A stretch of DNA of 64,000 nt from Polyangiaceae bacterium (GTDB lineage Bacteria; Myxococcota_A; Polyangia; Polyangiales; Polyangiaceae): NCBI GenBank assembly GCA_044376115.1, contig JBILLK010000029.1, positions 1 through 64,000 of the forward strand, read 5' to 3'. The notes under the pieces are model-generated. The model searched no databases and had not been told where the DNA came from. It was given only the letters and a program-made list of their open reading frames with translations. Below, piece after piece: positions 58,710 to 64,000 of this stretch (position 1 is the stretch's first letter; each line of letters opens with the position of its first letter). A program made the translations under genes and the position numbers.

Positions 58710-59456
58710 CTAGCGACTGGCGCCAAAGCGTTGCCGCACGAAGCTTAGGGTCTCGTCGAGTTGGGCCTCACTCAACATAGGCGACATCGCCGGCATGGTA
58801 CCAATTGTGCCGGAACGGCCCTGCATCAGGCTGCGCATGAGTTCGGCGTCGGACTTGTCGAGCACGCCAGGTGAGGACGTGAAGTCAGCCGCCGCCCGTC
58901 CGTTGAGGCCGCGACCATCCGCCTGATGACAGGCCTGGCAGTGCTGCTCGTACAGCCGTTGTCCGGCGCTGGGAGCAACCGTCTCCGCCGGTGGAGCGGC
59001 GGCCGGTAGACCAATGCCGCGAGCCATCATCGCCGCACAGAAAATGGCACCGATAAGGCAGGGAAGCTGCCAGGCGGCGAAGCTAAACATGCGTTCGATC
59101 TGGCCGGGTTTCGGCTCGACGGGGAGCTTGCGGCTCACTCGAAAGTGCCACGGCAGCACGACGTATTGCGGATAGATCTCGAGCAGGAAGGCAAGCGCGA
59201 GCAGCCCCATCTTGGTCCAGAAGACGTGGTTCGCGGTGTAGAACGAAAGCGGCTTCTCGAGCTCGCCGAACAAGCGATAGAGCCCCGCGCCATACAGCGC
59301 GATCGCAGCGATCCCGTTGCCGTTATCGGCAAATCGAATGGCATCCACGTCGCGCCGCCGCAGCGCCACGAGCCGCAACGCCGAGAAGGCCATAACACCG
59401 GCGATGCCGACGACATGGCCAGCAGAGATGAGCGCGGAGACGAGCTGCGTGGCCAT
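58710..59456 (-). CDS. DUF2214-like membrane domain fused to a class I cytochrome c
   Basis: ADN.NGIAA, EKP.SFY..N.VFW.KM; then LY.QHCQACH...MPAM. Confidence 0.75.
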   Translation of the reverse strand: MATQLVSALISAGHVVGIAGVMAFSALRLVALRRRDVDAIRFADNGNGIAAIALYGAGLYRLFGELEKPLSFYTANHVFWTKMGLLALAFLLEIYPQYVVLPWHFRVSRKLPVEPKPGQIERMFSFAAWQLPCLIGAIFCAAMMARGIGLPAAAPPAETVAPSAGQRLYEQHCQACHQADGRGLNGRAAADFTSSPGVLDKSDAELMRSLMQGRSGTIGTMPAMSPMLSEAQLDETLSFVRQRFGASR

Positions 59457-59507
59457 CGGGCCGAAGCTATCATTCGCAAAGTAGGTCGCAACAGCGACCG
59501 ATGACCA

Positions 59508-60647
59508 TCACGGCTTCGATACGAGGTCAAGCGAGCGCGAGCCGCGCAGCAACAGCGTAAAGACCAGCACACCGAGCACGCCCATCGCCGATACACCGCC
59601 CATCCACTTCGCAAAGTTGGTGTGGGCGCGTCCATTGACGGCGTACCAGCGCGCCCCGTCTTCGGGCAACGCTGCGGCGTCGAAGGCGAAGTCCTCGTCG
59701 AAGTCTTCAGCGCATATGTACTCGTAACGAACGGAGCCGGTGATGTCCTTGGCCTCGACGTGGCAACGCCCATACGTCTGGTGAACGCTCAACGATACGT
59801 GCGTCTCTGGTTTGAACACCGCGAGGACGATCACCAGCGTGGCAAAGTACAAGACCGTCATTGCGTGCAGCACCGTGTCCTGGCGCGTCCGCTCGTTCGC
59901 CATGACCGACCGTCGCCGCCAGCCCAGCATTGCCAGCGTCGCATAAAGCGCGGTCACGACCACGAGACCTCGAATCCCCGGGACCCCTCCGTCGAGCTGC
60001 TGCAGCACCGTCATCTGCAGCATCATGATGAGCGAGCTCAGGCCCGCCACGAGCCCCAGCCCGAGCAGCGCAGTTCGAGGTTTGACGCTCGGATCGCGAT
60101 CGATCGCGCGGTTGACGAGGTAGGAGAACGCGGCCACGAAGGTGATCACCCAAACGGTGCTGCCAATGGGGGCGCCCAGAATGCGCTGGAGAATGGGCCG
60201 GTCGGTGTCATGCCAGGTCCACCACATGAACTTTGCGCCCACGACATCGTACGGCGCATAAAAGACAATGGCGGCGAGCCCTGTGAGCGCAGCGCGGGCC
60301 AACGGCGGCAGACCGAGACGCCACACCGACACCGTCGGGTAATACATGAAGCATACGTAAACGCAGGGAATGTAGAACGGCAGTCGCGCCGTGATCATCA
60401 CCGTCGCCTGGGCCTGCCAGAAGTTGTCGACGAGCGGTAAGGCCATGAAGATGACGTCGTTGGCCGTCCCAGCGATCAGTGCGCCCAACCAAACGAGCAA
60501 GTGCCGCCGACCACTCTTGCTCGCGTGGTAAAGCGCTACAGCCGCGCACAATATAAATAGATATTCACCGATGACGAAGGACGGCTGAACCGCCCACTTA
60601 TCAAGGGGGCTCGTCAAATGCTTGTACGGGATGACCTCGGGTGCCAT
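59508..60647 (-). CDS. Multi-pass membrane protein (DUF7802/CruF-like)
   Basis: NFWQAQ, RLPFYI, PYDVVGAKFMWWTWHDTD, GAP; 1-nt overlap with the desaturase gene. Confidence 0.6.
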   Translation of the reverse strand: MAPEVIPYKHLTSPLDKWAVQPSFVIGEYLFILCAAVALYHASKSGRRHLLVWLGALIAGTANDVIFMALPLVDNFWQAQATVMITARLPFYIPCVYVCFMYYPTVSVWRLGLPPLARAALTGLAAIVFYAPYDVVGAKFMWWTWHDTDRPILQRILGAPIGSTVWVITFVAAFSYLVNRAIDRDPSVKPRTALLGLGLVAGLSSLIMMLQMTVLQQLDGGVPGIRGLVVVTALYATLAMLGWRRRSVMANERTRQDTVLHAMTVLYFATLVIVLAVFKPETHVSLSVHQTYGRCHVEAKDITGSVRYEYICAEDFDEDFAFDAAALPEDGARWYAVNGRAHTNFAKWMGGVSAMGVLGVLVFTLLLRGSRSLDLVSKP

Positions 60648-61450
60648 CAGTATTGGACGAACTCGTCGCTCAGTTTTTCGGCTGACTCGCGCGGACGCTC
60701 GCCCCTACCGCCGAACACCTCAGCACCGTAGCGTCGATTCACCCGGCGCAGCGTGCCGTGCATGCGGTCCCACAGCGTGAGGTGCTGCCCGAAGTTGCAA
60801 TGAAAGTGCACGTGGTGATCGTCGTGAAACATCGACGGCCCTTGCCAGGGGATCTTGGAGGTGAGCCGCACACCGGAGTGGTCGATGATGTTGAAGATCA
60901 AGACGTACATGAGCACGACGATGATCGACACGTAGTGAAACGGGATGATGAACAGGGGGAGGAAGGTCACGCCCTGGAAGATCAGAAACTCCACCGGGTG
61001 CATCGCTGTCACGACGAAGGGTGTCGGCGCGAGGAACTTGTGGTGCCAGCGATGGATGTAGCGAAACACGAGCTTGTGATGCAGCGCACGGTGCGCGTAG
61101 TAAGCGAGGCCATCCATCAGGATGAAGAGGAGGATCGTCGTCGCGATGGTGTAGAGCCAGCCGCGTTCAGCAACTTGATAGTAGATAGGCGTCTTCCAGC
61201 CACGCGTGAGGAAGTAGACGAGCGTGCCGGAGATGACCCCGCCGATGCTGAGGTTCAACGTCGCGAGCGCCATCGCCTGCTGCTGTTGCCCAGGCCGCAG
61301 AAAGCGCGCAGGCTGACACTTCCAAGTCTCGGGCTCTCCGGCGCGAGCGCGGTAATAACGCAGGTGGTAGTAGCCGCCGACAATCCAGAGGATGGCGACG
61401 CCAGCCATGACCGAGGCCGCAACGATCCCGCCCCAGGCCGCCCAGTCCAT
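60647..61450 (-). CDS. Sterol desaturase / fatty-acid hydroxylase family (ERG3-like)
   Basis: His boxes HRALH, HRWHH, HDDHH; PTPF...HPVE; NFGQ...WDRMHGT. Confidence 0.9.
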   Translation of the reverse strand: MDWAAWGGIVAASVMAGVAILWIVGGYYHLRYYRARAGEPETWKCQPARFLRPGQQQQAMALATLNLSIGGVISGTLVYFLTRGWKTPIYYQVAERGWLYTIATTILLFILMDGLAYYAHRALHHKLVFRYIHRWHHKFLAPTPFVVTAMHPVEFLIFQGVTFLPLFIIPFHYVSIIVVLMYVLIFNIIDHSGVRLTSKIPWQGPSMFHDDHHVHFHCNFGQHLTLWDRMHGTLRRVNRRYGAEVFGGRGERPRESAEKLSDEFVQY

Positions 61451-61453
61451 ACC

Positions 61454-63145
61454 TTAGGCGTCCAGAGGGAAGATGCGTTGCATGCGCATCGCCAGCCTTA
61501 CGGGGCCGCGAAGCGTACCGCGGCCAGTCGAAAAGGCGAGCGCACCATTGAGCTCACCGTTGATCATCTTCAGGTAGTCATCGGCGAGCATCTCAATACT
61601 GACGGTGGGCGACGTGTGAACGCCACCTTTGGTCTGAATGGTACCGTTCCGCACCTCAGCGAAGATCACGCGTGCGCCCTCCTGTGAAGAGAGCGCTTCA
61701 CGGCGGAGCAAGCGGCTCTCCTGCGATTCATTTTTACTAGGTAATCCCTCGGCTCCGCTGCGGGCCGGATTCGGCCCCTGGTTGTCCTTGAGGATCCACT
61801 GGAAGACCGCATCGAGATCACCCGCCGCTGCTGGGTTGAAGCGACGATCGAGCGTGTCGAAGTACGCCTCCACGGTCGGGAAGCGCCGGCCCGCGTCGCT
61901 CGCCTTGGCTTCCGTCTCGTGGGTGCTGCGGGAGTCGCGCTTCGTAGCGTCGGCCAGGTGAAGATCGAGATCTAGATCCTCGTCGCTCTTTTTGGGTGTC
62001 GCGTGCGCATGGCCAGCGGGAGCTGCCGCGCCACGAACTCGTTCCACGAGGCCCACGACACTGCTCGCGACGGTCCCGAGCGCTCCTCCCGCGCCGCTGT
62101 AGCGCGCGAGCAGACTCGAGAGTGGCGTCGGCGGCGTGACCGTTGGCGCCTGCGCGGCCGACGGTAGAGCCGCAGAAGCTTCGGGCTTCGCGTAGAACTG
62201 TCGGCACCACTTGCGATAGCTGCCGATTGGACCGTCGCCTCCCGCGAGCAGCGGCCGTTCGAGGTAGGCCTTGTTCTCCCAGATCGGGAAGTCTCTCGCA
62301 AAATCTGCCACAAAGGCCTGCCAAAAGATCTCGTCGATCTCCGCCGTGTAACCCGGGTCAGGCATGTGTTTGGTGTTGGCCACCGCAAAGATGGCGATGC
62401 GCTCCTCGTCGATCGGCGTGGGATGGATGCGCTGCCGGGTGAACAGGCCGCCGGTGATGACGTGCGTCTGCGACACAATCATGCCCAGCCCATTCAACGT
62501 AACGTCGAGGTGTACGTCGTTCACCTCATCGGGCATGCCGATCACGTGCCCCGTTGCATGTAGGTGAAGGAGCACCCTCATCCGATGGGCCTTCTGCTCC
62601 ACCTCGAGCACCTCGGTCTTGATCACATGGTGAACGGGCGCCAGATGCGAGCAATCAACGGTGTTCTCGCCGACCTCTTGAGGATGAGAGCGCAGCTCCC
62701 AGCGAATCGTCTTGTTGGCCGTCCAGCCGTCCTCCTCGAGCAGTGGCGGCTGCCACGGCGGTTCAGCGTCCGCGCCTTTTGGCTCGCCCGGGCCGTGGAA
62801 GACCATGATGACGCCGTTCTGCTCGACCAACGGCCACACGGCGACCCGCGCGTTCGCCGGGATCTTCGGCGCGTAGGGCACCTCGGTGCAGTGGCCGCGC
62901 GCATCGAACGCCCAATCGTGGAAGGGGCAGCGAAGGCAGTCTCCCACGACTCGACCGCCGCCGAGGTGCGCGCCTAGATGCGGGCAGGTCTTGTCGACCG
63001 CCGATAGCCCACCGCTCATCGCGCGAAACAGCACGATGTCGCGGCCGAAGTAGTGGACCGTCTTCACTTCGCCCGGCGCAATGTCCGACGAGAAGCCCAC
63101 CACGAACCACCCATACGGAAAGGACGTGAAGGGAAAGCGTCGCAT
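61454..63145 (-). CDS. Rieske oxygenase (KshA/Neverland-like) fused to an SCP2 sterol-carrier domain
   Basis: FPYGWF, CPHLGAHL...CPFHDW, ENTVD.SH...VH, D.PIWENK; C-terminal SCP2 pattern. Confidence 0.88.
   Translation of the reverse strand: MRRFPFTSFPYGWFVVGFSSDIAPGEVKTVHYFGRDIVLFRAMSGGLSAVDKTCPHLGAHLGGGRVVGDCLRCPFHDWAFDARGHCTEVPYAPKIPANARVAVWPLVEQNGVIMVFHGPGEPKGADAEPPWQPPLLEEDGWTANKTIRWELRSHPQEVGENTVDCSHLAPVHHVIKTEVLEVEQKAHRMRVLLHLHATGHVIGMPDEVNDVHLDVTLNGLGMIVSQTHVITGGLFTRQRIHPTPIDEERIAIFAVANTKHMPDPGYTAEIDEIFWQAFVADFARDFPIWENKAYLERPLLAGGDGPIGSYRKWCRQFYAKPEASAALPSAAQAPTVTPPTPLSSLLARYSGAGGALGTVASSVVGLVERVRGAAAPAGHAHATPKKSDEDLDLDLHLADATKRDSRSTHETEAKASDAGRRFPTVEAYFDTLDRRFNPAAAGDLDAVFQWILKDNQGPNPARSGAEGLPSKNESQESRLLRREALSSQEGARVIFAEVRNGTIQTKGGVHTSPTVSIEMLADDYLKMINGELNGALAFSTGRGTLRGPVRLAMRMQRIFPLDA
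61682..61786. repeat. In-frame palindromic insertion within the SCP2 domain
   Basis: About 35 extra codons; hairpins GAGAGCGCTT/AAGCGGCTCTC and GGGCCG/CGGCCC; AT-rich core. Confidence 0.55.
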
Positions 63146-63298
63146 CGGTCAGGTACGCTATCGAAGCGATCCAACTCGGTCAACGCAGCCCGCCCAGCTT
63201 TCAGCGAGCGCCCTACCTCATCGCGGGCACGAGGCGCAGGCTCAAGCGCTAGACTGCCGAGCGTGTCGACCAAGGACACCGATTTTGACGACCCTTCG

Positions 63299-64000
63299 AT
63301 GAGCGCGACGATCCAGGCTCCGAGCGCGCCTGCGCAGCTGCGGAGTTCGCTCGGGCCGCTGGAGCAATTCGCGCCGGGTGCGGTCCTCACAGACCGCTAC
63401 GAGCTTGTGCGCGAACTTGGCTTGGGTGCACACGGCGCTGTGTGGAAGGCGCTGGACCGCCACGTCGACGACTTCGTCGCGCTCAAGGTGTTGCGCCACG
63501 TTCGCGAGGACGACTTGCTCTTGTTCCGTCGTGAACTCTCGGCTGCGAGGCGCGTGACTCACCCTGGCGTCGTCCGCATGCACGACCTCGTCGCCGTCGG
63601 CGGCGCCTGGGCGCTATCGATGGAGTTCGTCGACGGCGAGAGCCTTGAACGCCTGATCGAGCGCACGGCCGCGCAGGGAGGCCTCGACAAGGTGCGCGTG
63701 CATCAACTTGCGCTCCACCTCGCCGAGGCGCTCGCGGCAGCCCATGCTGCAGAGGTCACACATCGTGACCTCAAGCCCGCCAACATTCTCGTTCGCAAAG
63801 ACGGTCGTCCTGTCATCACGGACTTCGGCATCTCGCGGGTAACGCGCCGAGAGAGCGCTACCTCGGAGGCAGCGTCTGGACAGGGTCTCGGCAATTCGCT
63901 CCGGCTGACGCGGGAGGGCGCGATCCTGGGGACGCCGCTTTACATGGCGCCCGAGCAGCTCGAGGGCCGCGCTGATGTAACGCAGTCGGTCGATCTCTAC
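63299..64000 (+). CDS. Ser/Thr protein kinase (partial, runs off the window)
   Basis: Translated by hand from ATG 63299: RYELVRELG.GAHGAVW, VALK, HRDLKPANIL, DFG, GTPLYMAPE. Confidence 0.9.
   Translation, partial: MSATIQAPSAPAQLRSSLGPLEQFAPGAVLTDRYELVRELGLGAHGAVWKALDRHVDDFVALKVLRHVREDDLLLFRRELSAARRVTHPGVVRMHDLVAVGGAWALSMEFVDGESLERLIERTAAQGGLDKVRVHQLALHLAEALAAAHAAEVTHRDLKPANILVRKDGRPVITDFGISRVTRRESATSEAASGQGLGNSLRLTREGAILGTPLYMAPEQLEGRADVTQSVDLY

Noticed and set aside
58682..58710. 13-bp direct repeat between convergent genes
   Set aside because: Two copies only, with no element between them.

Overview
GC-rich (roughly two-thirds by eye), gene-dense chromosomal DNA, very likely from a myxobacterium (Polyangiaceae/Sorangiineae-like). 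This inference rests on many Cys-rich lipoproteins with Gly/Ser linkers, a MYXO-CTERM-type protease, a Myxococcus Cys-rich repeat, Ser/Thr kinases and an ECF sigma factor. No rRNA, tRNA, CRISPR array, integrase or transposase was seen. About 60 CDSs, mostly accessory secreted or membrane proteins. Best candidates for a new system: (1) a two-gene RiPP-like unit at 7.9-10.2 kb, where a signal-peptide protein carries its own PqqD/RRE-like domain and a tail of repeated (E/D)xxxK motifs, followed by a prolyl-4-hydroxylase-type 2OG-Fe(II) oxygenase fused to a RimK-like ATP-grasp ligase; (2) a DUF692/MNIO operon with a TIGR04222-type membrane protein ending in an evenly spaced Cys/Gly tail, plus a coupled DUF6065-like gene (26.8-30.5 kb); (3) a sterol-modification-like operon with a Rieske-SCP2 fusion, a sterol desaturase and a membrane protein (59.5-63.1 kb), carrying an in-frame palindromic insertion in SCP2; (4) a cholesterol-oxidase-like GMC enzyme with a membrane-DUF362 fusion (14.2-18.9 kb). 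Non-coding signals include decayed attC-like hairpins, REP-like GGAATGAC elements and many TANNNT boxes just upstream of start codons. All family calls come from motif recognition by eye; no searches were run.
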